A stretch of 63,995 bases of DNA, counting the filler, from Lenisia limosa (taxonomy: Eukaryota > Protista > Breviatea), in the NCBI GenBank assembly GCA_001655205.1. It is 10 parts of 10 records of this genome, joined end to end, with 100 filler letters (N's around TTAATTAATTAA, not from the genome) between each part and the next. Parts side by side here need not be neighbours in the genome. Positions count along the whole stretch, not along the records: positions 1 to 19,528 come from LPNZ01006965.1; positions 19,629 to 38,153 come from LPNZ01008487.1; 8 more parts are not named here. The stretch is one strand, 5' to 3'. Both the position numbers and the translations under genes were made by a program. A model generated the notes under the pieces. It saw nothing but the letters and a program-made list of their open reading frames with translations. It was not told where the DNA came from and did no database searches. Below, piece after piece: positions 11,451 to 24,626 of the stretch. The stretch's first letter is position 1; every line of letters starts with the position of its first letter.

Positions 11451-14400
11451 GGGCGTGGACTGTTGGGGGAACACAGCTGGTGTCTCCTTTGACAAACAAG
11501 GAATCTAAGCACCCTTTGGCAAGGGCAATTTTCATGTCTCAGTCGTAAGATGGGAGAATTGCTATCAGATGAAAGGATCTAACCATATTCTTTTTGACAT
11601 CTCAGAGCGGTAGAGCCGCAGATTCAGTTACGGTTACCGCAGCAATTTGTGAAACAAAACTATGATCTTCCCGCTCTTACTCTTTAATGTTTTCCTTTTC
11701 TTTACTTTCTTTAAGGTGTCTACAGTTCTACTAATTTGTTTCTTTTGGGGTATGGTGATGTTGATGTATCACGTTTTATCATAGGAGAAACATTTTATCA
11801 ACATCACAAAAATAATACAAACAATATGGCTAGAAAACAGAAACAGAAATAAATAATAAATAACTACTAATAAGCCTAAGTAAATTGAAACAAGCAGATA
11901 AAAGGAAAAAGTCTGAATATGTAAAATAAAAAGAGAAAGCAAACGTTGCACAACTTCCAGTTTTCAGTTTTTTTATTGTACTGTCAAGATAAACACACAT
12001 ATTCGGTCCACGAACGGGGTTTCCTGATTCCCACCTGTGGAAGTTATTCAACGAGTGATTTGGAATGGGATAGTTCTGAAATAAGTTGAGTAATATTGAT
12101 ATGGCAGTTACAACATAAACACAGGAACTAGTAGAGATATCATGTGGATTACCACTCTCACCCATGAGGTCCTACTCCATCTGCAAGATCTCCAAGGTCA
12201 TCTCCTTCTGTGGAAAAAAACTAGAGTGTGACAAACTATAGTGACAATACACTCGTACAGAGGATACACAATCATGATATACCATACTATATACTGTACA
12301 TGTAATATATCATATGTAGTACTATGTTGAAAACTAGTAGTATATGTTATATCATACGTATTATGTACTATTATACATAATACGTATGATATCCTCACCT
12401 TTCCTTGAATATTGTCATACACAATACCAATCCAGTAGTCAACATTGGAAGAAAATGGGAAATCTGATGGTGTGTAAAGCCGACCCTAGATTTATGACAA
12501 CAATCAGGAAGGAAAAAATGTATTAAAATCATATTTTGTGAGTGTTTCATTTTGGTTTCTCAAAAAAAAAAGTAATGGGAAGTTGTAAGAGATGTAACAC
12601 CATCAAACGATAAAAAGTTTACACTTTTTGTCACAACTACAATAATAATAATTACACTGTATATTACATAAAATATTGATAGAAGCAGCAAAATGGAATT
12701 AATGAGTGTTCCAATTTTCTTCTCCGTCAAATAGCAATTTCTTTAGCAAAAAGAAAAAGAGTTGCTTCATTAAAGAACACATCACAACTATATTCTATTT
12801 TATATGTACATAATCCAGTATCTCTTCTAAGCGTGATGGTGTGAACGGCTTCGTTCACTACCGGTTGGTATTTCTTATCTCTACATATTAAGGATAATAT
12901 TAATTATAGAAGTCAAATTTCTCGAAATTCATGAACGTGGGGTCTTTCACGAGTAAAAACACTTTTGAAACGTGAAGGTACAATATCCCATTTCCCTTCA
13001 TCAGGACTTATCGCGTTCAGTGTATAATACATCTACATATAGTATAGCAATGGGAAATAAAACAAAAGGTTGTATCTGGTCGAAGCCGTCCACACCACCA
13101 CGCTTATAAGAGATATTGAATTTGAGTATAATATTAATTCACCCAATCATTTGCCTTACAACTCTGTGCACACTTTCTGCGTGCCTCCCCAGCATACTAT
13201 ACATCTAATAGTCTATGATATGTACATATGATATGTATAATAGTATATTATATAATATTACATATATAATAAAGATGACAATTATATACTTGAATTAGTT
13301 CATAAACATCATAAGAGCTTCCCAACTATCCCAAAATTAACAGGCATTTTAATAATCCTCAATGCTTTGAGTTTTTGTGTTAAATGCGGCCCTCCTACTG
13401 AGTAAACAGTTCTGCAATAATTATTTGCATCTTCAAGAGAATATGCAAAATTGATAAACTGCCCACAAAAATCGTTTTTGTTCCTGAATAGTCAAATATA
13501 ATAGGAATCCACAAACATGCCATTGAAAACTTGTTTGCAGATCACCCCCTTCTTTGCACTCAAGAAAGAAGTAGATGGGAGTAAGTTTCGTAAAGATGAA
13601 ATAGAATTCTCTAAATCTGAAATCTGACGTTCATTAGATGGTAAGCAACATCTAACCTGTGCTAGAAGTGCATCAACATTCTGCAACACGCGTGTGAATT
13701 CATCTTCAACTGTCAGAAACCTTGAATAAAGTGTATTATTCAATGCCAAACAGTTACTAATCTTAGCGTCTATGCCATTCATCTGAAAATAAGTCGAAAT
13801 CTAGTTGGGCTTACAATGGAAATAAAATTATCACATTCACAAGAGGGGATGTCGACATCTGTCATATTCTAAACACGTAAACTATCCAAATGACAAACAA
13901 ACCAGATTTTCAAAGCCTTGAACAATCATCTACATATGTTATGAAGACAAATTAAAGACTCACCTCATCCAACCGACTTGATATTGCAACACCATCCATT
14001 TTTAAAGGGTCAATAACCTCAACGCTTTCCCCAAGCCTGAATAATTTTGACATCCAAAATAAGAAAATTAATTCCAAAAGTCGCTTCGTAGAAAATACTT
14101 GATACGAAATGTTAGGACCCCTTATCCTTATGACGTTTACTTTTTTTTTGCTTTATTGATAAAAAGGAAAGCAAACCCATTATACGAAAGCATAACCCAA
14201 CGTCGACATACTCACCTGACTGCAGATGAATTCGCAATGGCCTATCAAGTTAAAAGTGAAATTAATCAAATGAATGCGTTTCAAATATTCATTGATTCTT
14301 TTTATGTAGATTCGTACCTACCAAGATGAACAAGAAACACGCTCGGATGATCTTCCATGTCACGAAGAGAGGGAGGGGGGCCATCACAATTCTCTATTTT

Positions 14401-14500
14401 GAAACAACAACAGAGACAATCGACAGACAACCTAATAATTAATAAAATAAGTCTGCGCTGAAAGGGAGATTCAGATGAGACCAAGCAAGCGCTATCCAAC
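11430..14500 (-). CDS. Putative multi-exon hypothetical gene divergent from calmodulin
   Basis: Spliceable open segments AIANSSAVR / LGESVEVIDPLKMDGVAISSRLDE / MNGIDAKISNCLAL.. (13492-13782, coiled-coil-like) / GRLYTPSDFPFSSNVDYWIGIVYDNIQGK; ends not resolved. Confidence 0.35.
12800..12880 (-). repeat. Repeat family C, partial inverted copy
   Basis: Reverse complement reads GAAGCCGTTCACACCATCACGCTTAGAAGAGATACTGGATTA, matching 48551-48590. Confidence 0.7.
13047..13195 (+). repeat. Repeat family C copy
   Basis: Colinear with 10094-10240. Confidence 0.9.
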
Positions 14501-14577
14501 TGCAATATTTGTCAATTCACGGAAGTTCAGTTTATTCCCTTTTCTCCAATTTTTTTCATGAAATTATCATCCTCAAA

Positions 14578-15381
<804 letters not shown>

Positions 15382-15866
15382 ATTTAGTGGTTGTATTTAT
15401 CCCTGCCTAGTTTGTAGTATTTAATAAATGTGGAGTATTCCTTTTATTGAGGTGTTTCAATATTTCCCTCTCTTCTACCATCCCCTTTGTGTCCTTTGTT
15501 TCATAATCTTTAAACTCCAACTACTACAGATGATTTGTATATCCTTTCTTCCCCTTTTATTATCATCTCCCTTTTCAGCATTGGGTTAGTTAAGTGTTAA
15601 CCCCTGACCTAAGTAACTAAGTATATACGTCCTGTTCTTTTGGGGGACTACAATAAGGTCTTGGAGAAGAGGGAGTGAGTGAATTGTTTTCAGTACACTA
15701 CGTTCTTAGGTGCACCAAATTAAAAATACAAATCTCAATACATCACGGCAATCAAAACCATACAACCGTTTTCAATCAACTAGTATTGGGGGGGGGGGGG
15801 NNNNNNNNNNNNNNNNNNNNNNNNNNNNNNNNNNNNNNNNNNNNNNNNNNNNNNNNNNNNNNNNNN

Positions 15867-16815
15867 TACAACGTGACCTTGGGAAATATGAACCTCACCT
15901 TAGTCCAAACTTCAGCAGTCTGTCTTGTTGCAAGAGTGATTGGGGAGAAGTCAAGAGTTTTCAAATTCGGAAACATTGCCACAATACGCCTAGTATATTA
16001 ACATGGTGAGAATTCACAAAGTTAAATCATTCTTCCCCCTGACAAGTGGTACACTTGTATATTTGTTTTGCTATTTATGTTATTGGATCCATTTTTTCAG
16101 CCAAATCATTGTTCTACATTTTCAATAAACTGTGTTTCACAAATCACCCTAAAAAAAACTCACCCACATTCTGTAATTTGGAGTTGACTCAATTGGGTTT
16201 CCGTGCAAAGTCAGGGAACGCAACTTGAGGGTTCGAAGAACCTCCAACTTAACAATGTCAGTCAATTGTCTCACCAATTTCCATAGCCATCTCGCCCGCC
16301 CAGGCTCACCTCTTGGATATTGGAAATTTCATTGGCATGGAGGTAAACTGTTGTTAAATGGGAGAACTGGGCTATCTCCTAAATTATCATTATCTACAAT
16401 TTAAACAACATACCTCACCAAGGCTTGAAATTTTATTAAAAGAAAGATCAGCCCACGCAAGGTTTTCAACAGGGTCATTCATTACAGCCTCAACGGCGGA
16501 ATAGATGCCAGTTAAGGAAGTAAACTGATTATTAGCCAGTTTCAACGCAACTGTTTGGACTTTGCTCACTTTTTTAGTGATTACCTAGGCATTTGTAAGC
16601 CTACTAGCAGGCCAACCTTTCCATCAGTGCCCACGACCTGAGCAGCAGCAGGTTCGTCTGGCTTGGGCTTTCGTATTCCTCCTCGAGGAATCTCTTCAAT
16701 AATTTCTGCAACATAAATCCAATCACAACTATCTACCATGAAAGTTTTCCAATTCAAGGAAAGAGTAGTCCAATGGTTCGCCTTTTACAAGTCCAACTTT
16801 ATAGCGTGAGGCCAT
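15867..16815 (-). CDS. LRRC51: LRRC51-like leucine-rich repeat protein; 3' end runs into a gap
   Basis: MASRYKVGLVKGEPLDYSF, PVENLAWADLSFNKI, VYLHANEI, LRSLTLHGNPIE, LKTLDFSPITLATRQTAEVW all match LRRC51 motifs in order. Confidence 0.88.
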
Positions 16816-16999
16816 GATGGGGAGGGGGGGGGGTAAACAAATGTATCAAGCTCTGGCTGGAGTTCAGTTCTCTCTCCAACCAATAGGCCAATCAATTTTT
16901 AATGCTTCAATAAACCACTTCAAAAAATAATCAAAAAAAAAAAAATTTGGATGAGGGCGCTCACGGTCCGGGAAGGTTTTTGAAAAAAAAAAACGAACG

Positions 17000-18081
17000 A
17001 TGAAAAACAACATAAATGAGTAAATTAGTAAATAAATTTGTAAATTAGTGATTATATAACAGTGTTAATAACAAAACTGTGGGTAGAGTTTGATAAATTT
17101 AATTCCCTTGAGGTACGGGTGCTTCGGAAAGAACTACGTTTACAAGCAACCAGCGCATATGGCAGAGTTCCACTCACACAAACCAAAAAAACGGAAGATG
17201 TCCACAGGTAAAGATTTTTTGAGTGTGTGTGTTTTGTTTTGTCTGATTACATTCAGATGAGAGCTCGGAAGATGCCTCCCCCTCTTTTGATGCACCACCT
17301 TCCATAATATCATCTCCCCTCTCTGCTTATTGCTCACCATTGTTGTCCCACAACCCTTCCGTGGCAGCACTAGTTGATGTCGATCCCTTTTTCAAGAAGC
17401 TTGAAAAGTGCCCTTCTATTCCTAATATTGTTTCTGCAGAAGAAGCAGAGGCTGCGTTAGGTGAAGATGGGGGAGTCCACACCCCACAGTTCACCCAGCC
17501 CCCAACCCCCCCTTTCATGAAGTCCAACCGAACATTATCAAATATGTTTGTCCGTGTCTTACTCCCATCGTTTTCCCCCTTTTTCAACAACNNNNNNNNN
17601 NNNNNNNNNNNNNNNNNNNNNNNNNNNNNNNNNNNNNNNNNNNNNNNNNNNNNNNNNNNNNNNNNNNNNNNNNNTGCGTCAACCGCAACGGATAGTAGTA
17701 GCATGTCGCCCAATCTCTTTGCAAGCCCTCCATCTGGCATCACACATCAAGCCCATTTCTTTAGAGAGAACTCGCCAAAGTAAGTTGTTACTCTTTGTTC
17801 AGTCTCAAAGGTACATAGTTTTTAATTTTTAATTTTTTTTTTTAGCCAACCATCCCTTCCACTGCCTATCTTTGACTTGCCTCGTCAACATCTCAGAGAA
17901 TGTGAAGTGAGTAAAGATGGTGAGGACGTCCCTCGTCCACCACCTTCTGCTCCTTCGCAGTCACTTTTTGGGTGAGCTTGATGATATATTATTTCTTTAT
18001 ATCTCATAAATATTTAACCCTCTGTCTTCTTTCCTCATTAACTATCCAGTTTTTCAGCCGAATAGGGCGGTCGGGTGTTAG
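17000..18081 (+). CDS. Ser/Pro-rich hypothetical protein, multi-exon, spans a gap
   Basis: ATG at 17000, exons VRVLRKELRLQATSAYGRVP.. and DASPSFDAPPSIISSPLS..LVDVDPFFKKLEKCPSIP with GT-AG ends; stop near 18081. Confidence 0.5.
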
Positions 18082-18186
18082 GTATTTAATTATTTGTGTA
18101 ATAGTTCCATCTGTCTGTATTATATTATCAACGTGACTAAGTTGAAAAAATTCTCTCTGAATTAAATAGGTGTACATTAAAATAGT

Positions 18187-19528
18187 TTACAAGATAGAGC
18201 ATCCACCCTTCTTCTTCTTGGGGACAGGAATATTAGCTCTCAGTGCACCAGCAAAGACATCTTCCACTCCATGGTTAGTTAAGGCACTGCATTCAAAATA
18301 AGGCACCTTCATCTGTCGTCCCATAGATTCAGCCTGTAGGATTAAAGGAATAATAATAAAAGAGCGCGCGGGGGGGGGGGGGAGANNNNNNNNNNNNNNN
18401 NNNNNNNNNNNNNNNNNNNNNNNNNNNNNNNNNNNNNNNNNNNNNNNNNNNNNNNNNNNNNAACCAGTTGTTTGACAACACAAGAGGGTTGATAACAACA
18501 AAACAAACAAATCCCAGACCAGTCGCTTCTGCAGCACCGCAACCCATCACTCCAGTGACTTGTTATATCGCTTTTAAGAAAAAAAGAACTCACAAGCCCC
18601 CCCAACCTCAGCGTATGTGATTGGGCTTTGATTCCTTGTTGATTGAAGCTTTTCGATTTCCTCCTTCAGAATAAGTAAGAAAAACATGTTTCCTGATATT
18701 CACAATAGAGTATTCTGAACGAAGTTAACCAAATCACATATTTCACTAAGACACCATCTTTAATAGTTAAGGACACTGTTGTTACTGTTTTCAAAAATAA
18801 ATATGTTGCTTGATCCATATCACGAAATCTCGACATATTAGTAGATTAGAAGGATTGAAATATTGCGCACCCTCCCTCTCCCACTCACAGTGTTATCTCT
18901 CAGGTCAATTTGTGTTCCCACAAGTATAAACGAAGCTTCAGGGGCGTAGTGGGAGGCTTCTGGTAACCACTGGTATGGTGAGGTTCAACATGATCTTCTC
19001 TCACCTTGTGTTTGATGTTTGAAAGGCTGTCAGGGGAGAGGACTGAGAAACACATCAAAATCATATTTGAGTCCGGATAAGACAGCGGTCTAAGCCTGTC
19101 ATAGTCTTCTTGGCCAGCTATACAGTGAGCGCCTTCAGTAAACACTTTCCAAATACAAACAATATTTTAACCCTTTACCTGTGTCCCAGCAATCCACTCT
19201 GTAATCCACTCCATCAACAGTTACATCTTTCACCTGCAAGAGGTAAGTCTAATTCAAGATCTGAGACACCACTACAAACCGAATTTTCAAAAATAGTTGG
19301 AACATAATCTTCGGGAAATTCATTCTTTCTCCACCTCATAAGAAGACAGGTCTTCCCAACTGCACCATCTAAAAAAAGTGAAACAAATCAGCTCAGCAAA
19401 TCCAACGAGGTGGATAAAAATCTGAAAATATACACTTTAAATGGACCAAATTGTAATAAAGGAACCAAGGAAAGCACCCCTACCTCCAATCACAACAAGT
19501 TTTTTGTTTACCGGGCCACCAGGCGCCA
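18187..19528 (-). CDS. Rho-family small GTPase, 5'-partial, spans a gap
   Basis: [64 protein letters not shown], polybasic KKKKGG plus CAAX CSIL stop. Confidence 0.96.
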
Positions 19529-19572
19529 NNNNNNNNNNNNNNNNNNNNNNNNNNNNNNNNNNNNNNNNNNNN

Positions 19573-19584
19573 TTAATTAATTAA
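19573..19584. other. Artificial scaffold-joining linker; also at 38198, 46687, 48226, 50898, 54402, 57850, 59741, 61021
   Basis: TTAATTAATTAA (stops in all six frames) flanked by 44 N on each side, nine times. Confidence 0.97.
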
Positions 19585-19829
19585 NNNNNNNNNNNNNNNN
19601 NNNNNNNNNNNNNNNNNNNNNNNNNNNNTTATTTCCCCCCCTCCCCAAGCCTACTCCGCACACCAACAAAACAGGTGCGTTGAGAGTGGTCTTGTTTAGA
19701 ATTCCATTTTGTGTTTTCTTCTGAAAACGAATTTTGGACAAAATAGCGTAGACTCTTTTGGTATGATTCAATGTATAAGTACATGTAATTTGTGGACGAC
19801 ATACAATATCACTCTTTATATAATGACGA

Positions 19830-22800
19830 AACTGTAGGACTCCCGTCCGTGGCCAATATAACGGGCCCTTCACGCAATCTATGTCCCAATTCCCCAACAT
19901 CATCCCTTCACCACACTCCATGGCCAACCCACGCAACCTGCATGTCACTACACCGAGTGGCCACGTGCCTGCCTTGACGCTCCATTCACATCCCCATAAG
20001 ACGCCGCATTTACGGCCACCTTCGGACCATTTGCATCCGAAGGTTTCTTTGGGTACCCAGAACCCCCCGTTGCTTATGAACATGCCTCCTGGTAAGCCAT
20101 AAGATTAATATTCGTAACTTTTATCAAAATGTGTTTTTTTTAGAATACTCTGATTAAAACTTTTTTAGAAACAACTTATCACAGATAAAGCTGATTCTTC
20201 AGGCTTCCACCCCAACCTGCCGCCCCCACGCCCCGTGCCAATTAGCCATGTAAGCTTTTATCACTGGTTTCTATTTGATACTACATATTACTGTTCAATT
20301 CTCTCATACTTCGCTCAAATGTATTCCTAATACAGACTTGAACATCCATTTGACCTGGTTCCATTAAGGTCCCCATACCCCATGGCGACACACTGCTTAT
20401 ACCTCCTGCCACACCTTCCAGTCCCTCCAAGCTGAAAAGCAACGAAAGTGTCTTTGTCAAACCCATCCGTAGCCGAACATTCAATGTATTTTGGGGGAGT
20501 CTACCGACTGTACCACAGGACATGACAGGCGGGCTCCATTTGGAAAATCAGTGCCGAATGTGACATTATTACATGTTTAACTGGTGATTTTTTTGACTGT
20601 TGTAGCGCAAAATTTCCTCATGCGATGCGTATGACGCTCTCATGTCAACAACGGACAACACCATGCTGCAGGAGTTGGCACTGGCATATAGGTCTGCTCT
20701 ATTATGATAGGCCTGTATGGACTGGAAATACATATGATATGATATCTGCATTGCTTCTTGGTAAATTCTGTATTGAAGAAGGACTAACCTTGTTATAGGA
20801 AGCATATCGATGACGATGAACCCAACCTATCCTCTTTGGGGCAGCCAATCGTATCAACGCAACCAGACAACTCACCAGTTGCACCGAAAGCCGGCAATCC
20901 TGAGATTCCCCGGGTGCCACCGCCGGAACTTTTCAATTCGTTCTACAAGCAGTACCTCGAGATGCTGTCCGACGACTTGGAGAAACCGCTTAATAGCTTC
21001 ACGCCTCCCCAGGTAGGTGCTTTTGTGGATTTCTATGATAGTATTTTCTCTAATATCGATACTTATTATTGAGTTTTTATTTGTCTTTTTTTATTATTAT
21101 TATTCACAATTCCCATTAATCTGATGTGCGTGTTCATATTGCTGCTCTTCCTCTCGAGTGACCCCCTTAGGAGCTGCGGCCCCCCTCCAAAGACCTCCCC
21201 AAGCAGTCAACATCCCTCCCGGGGCCAAAGGCTGTAGATCAAAGGTCAAAACCTCGGGCGAAGCGTGTTAGAGAGCCAGTTGCTATTGCCGACCGCCCGG
21301 CATGGAGGGGCTCAGTGGCACCCCGGGGGATCGATCGCGACCGGCTGTCGGCTCGGAAGCACTGCACCGACACTAACCGAGGCTTGAAAAACGAGGCCCC
21401 TCCGCCGCACGTGGTGAGTTGGAGCGTGACATGAGGAGAGCAGTATGAGTACGGTTAATTTATATGAACAGTATTCATCGTCTAGGTTGACAACCAAAGG
21501 GGACAGAAGATGGCGAAAGCAAGACGAGAAGCTTCTTCACATTCATCTGCAAACAGGGTAGGCTGACTTTTATGTTCTTGGTGTGTTATCAGAAGCACTT
21601 TGTATAATCTGTCTGTATGAGCCACGTCATTGAACAAATACGAACTTCGACCATGTATAACATTGGGTGTTTCTGATAATCTAGTCGACAACCGGAAGAA
21701 ACTTTACGCAGCCATCAGCAAGGTGGGTCAGGAGTATTACTGCCTGTTGATGTTTAACCCTGTTGACACAGTAGTATGTCGCAATCTCAACGCAAAACTG
21801 CGCGAACCCAGGATCTCCACAACCTCTTCAACAACCTGTACTCTTCACAGACTCGAACAGAGAAACCGACAAAACCCATGTCATCGTCAAAGGCAAGGTG
21901 AGGCCATGTGGTTACTTTTAAACTGCTTTATCTGGGATCACTTTTATTGTTTAAGCATCTGTTAATATACTTGGGGACTGAAACATTATCCCCACGCAAT
22001 GGTATTACAATTGGATAGTTCCTATATAGCCTCATGGACCAGAATGTCGATCAGTGATCTGCGGTCTTCAGCTCAGCCAATGCACACCCGATTGCGTAGA
22101 GTCCCATCATGGCGGAGAGAGCCTACAATCGTAACGCCTGCGGACGTGCTTTCACGTGACCCACCTCAAAAGGAGAGTCGCTCGCTGGCCAGACAGCCAG
22201 ACCCCCGAGACTATATAGAGAGTTCTTTCCAAGAAAACACGGTTAATGAGACAAGTTCGCCAGGTCATTCACACCGCGACCTCAACTCATCGGTTGAGGC
22301 ATCTACTCAGACAGCCAATGGGGAGGACTCTCCACCGGATAAGGAAGCTGTGACAAGCCCCGTTATTCCTCACAAGTCCTATGAGGTACGCAAGCCGCCA
22401 ATGTTCAAAAAAAGCAAGCAGCAGAATAGTGCAGTTTCCCTTTTGAGCACGGTTTACCACACAACATCCTCTGAAGGGGTTCAGGTGGGCAGAGAGGGGG
22501 GGCGGGCGGGGCNNNNNNNNNNNNNNNNNNNNNNNNNNNNNNNNNNNNNNNNNNNNNNNNNNNNNNNNNNNNNNNNNNNNNNNNNNNNNNNNNNNNTCAG
22601 AGATATTAATGCTGGTCTGATATTGATAGATGTGTTAATGTGACCTCTTAGGGACCAACAACTGTCAGGTCTGAAAGCCCCTATAAAGTGGAAATGCCCC
22701 CTGTAAACAAAAGCTCTTCCAAGGCTGTGAGCTGGGCTCTTATTATTTCCACAATAGCCATCTTAACTTATCAATACATGATATCTGGACTATTGCAATT

Positions 22801-24600
22801 TTGTGAGGCCTGTTGCCTTCAATAATTCCGCAGAAGAAAGTCCCTGACGCGTATCACAAACTGGCCTCTCATGCAGCCCTCCTGGCTGCCAACCTGTTTT
22901 CCGTCCCTGGATTCCATGAGCAGCTTCAAAAGTCATGCAAAAGCAAGGAAAACGTGGGAGCTTCAATGGGTGCACCGCAGGTATCATCAGGTCATTATTT
23001 AATGACTTTTATATTAATATTGATATTCTACCCCACACTTTCTGACCTGAGCCAGAATTCGAAGCAGGCGGATGGGCCCCCCAGGTTCTCGGAAATCGGT
23101 AGGGTTTTTTCAGTCATTGACACCTATTTGATGAGGTCATATCCCCGAAAGATTGCCTTTCACGCTCGATGTTGTAATAAATGTTGACTGGAAGAATTGA
23201 TTTTGCCACCCTGACCCCTTAGCGGACTTAGGACGAAGTGTACCTGAATGGCTCAAAGAATCAACGGCAAGGTAACCAGGGTTTTAGCTGCAATGCACTC
23301 ATCTAACACTCTGCAAACTGATAGTCTGACCTTTCAGCTTGCAATATTCCACAGACAATTCCAAAACCAGGTGGGTGTTATTTTTAGTCTATTTTTATCA
23401 TAACCTTAGGTCACCTATTGCTTTGACTCAGCTCACCCCCAAGTCCAAACCAGCTGTATGCCATATCCTATGTGGCTGAAATTGAATCCAATTTGATAGT
23501 GAAGGCCATGTAACAAGGTCAATGAATCGTCGTTGCCTAGCAATATCTTGATCTAACCTTGAAGTTGACAGCAGTTGCGACCCCCACATTGAATGACCCC
23601 GAAGCTGAAGCACAGTTTAGCTCGGTATACTACGAGGTTAGTGACATTGAGCTCGCTCATTGTTATTACTATACTATGATAAATGATAAATGATACTATT
23701 CAACATACAAGATGACTGATTCAATTTGAACAATTTGATAATAGAGTAGTATGCATACCTTCTCATTAGGTTTGCATTTTCCCATTCATTTCTGTTCTCA
23801 CTCCTCTCCAGATTGAGTATGAAGACTTTTCTTCGAAGTCTCTGGATGAACCCTCAAAAGAGTACGCTTGGTTACTTTTCGCCCATCATGCATCAGGACT
23901 GCCTTCCTTTAAAAAATGTAACTAATGTAAGCAGCCCCCAAGCTGGCACCCGCATTGACGGAGCCTTCTCTCACATCGAAGAATTGGCAGCTGAGGAGGA
24001 GACTATTGCAAAACCCGTTCCCAAGGTAACTAATAAAAAAAACTACATAAAATACATAATAACTTCATAATAAGTATCCTAAAAACAGATATTAATACAT
24101 GTACTGTTGATCATTGCTCGTTCTCACTCTGCAGTTTACGGGCATCCGAGAAAACGTAGACAAAATGCCGCAGGAGCTTTCAAAAGACTTCGCAGCGCTT
24201 GGTATGTCGGTTTTGTTCTTTGTTCTTTTGGGGGATTGCCCTTCATAGTTTATCTCTTCCGAATATTCCTCACCATGCAGGCTACATGGTGTACAATGAA
24301 ATGGCCCGAGAGGGAAATGAGCTGGTGGGTTCTCTTTTTAATGGACTAGCGTAATATGCATAAAGCCCTCCATCTCTCTCTTTCTGTGTCAGCTCATCTC
24401 TGTAGATGGATGATGATAACTTTACTCTCTAATTTTGTACAATACTTCTATTATGGTCTAGGTATTTTTGGTAAGTAAATTCAATGTATTATTGTACAAT
24501 ATCCCAGTATTACCTTGATAAAAACTATTTCACTAGTACCCCTATGTTCAAGCAACCGCTTCTGGAGGAATTACAATACATAAGAGTTCAATAAATAATA
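19830..24600 (+). CDS. Long multi-exon Pro/Ser-rich hypothetical gene(s)
   Basis: Chain of open GT-AG-bounded segments (e.g. KHIDDDEPNLSSLG..ELFNSFYKQYLEMLSDDLEKP; KKVPDAYHKLASHAALLAANLF; FTGIRENVDKMPQELSKDFAAL); no known domain; boundaries uncertain. Confidence 0.45.
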
Positions 24601-24626
24601 GTGATAATTACGGAGCAAATACAAGC

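Noticed and set aside
15788-15800. Poly-G/C runs at many gap edges as possible G-quadruplex or telomeric features
   Set aside because: They mark where short-read assembly fails; true length and context are unknown.
19529-19628. TTAATTAATTAA palindrome inside N runs, nine times
   Set aside because: Fixed 44+12+44 layout with six-frame stops is a scaffold-concatenation linker, not biology; gene adjacency across it is meaningless.
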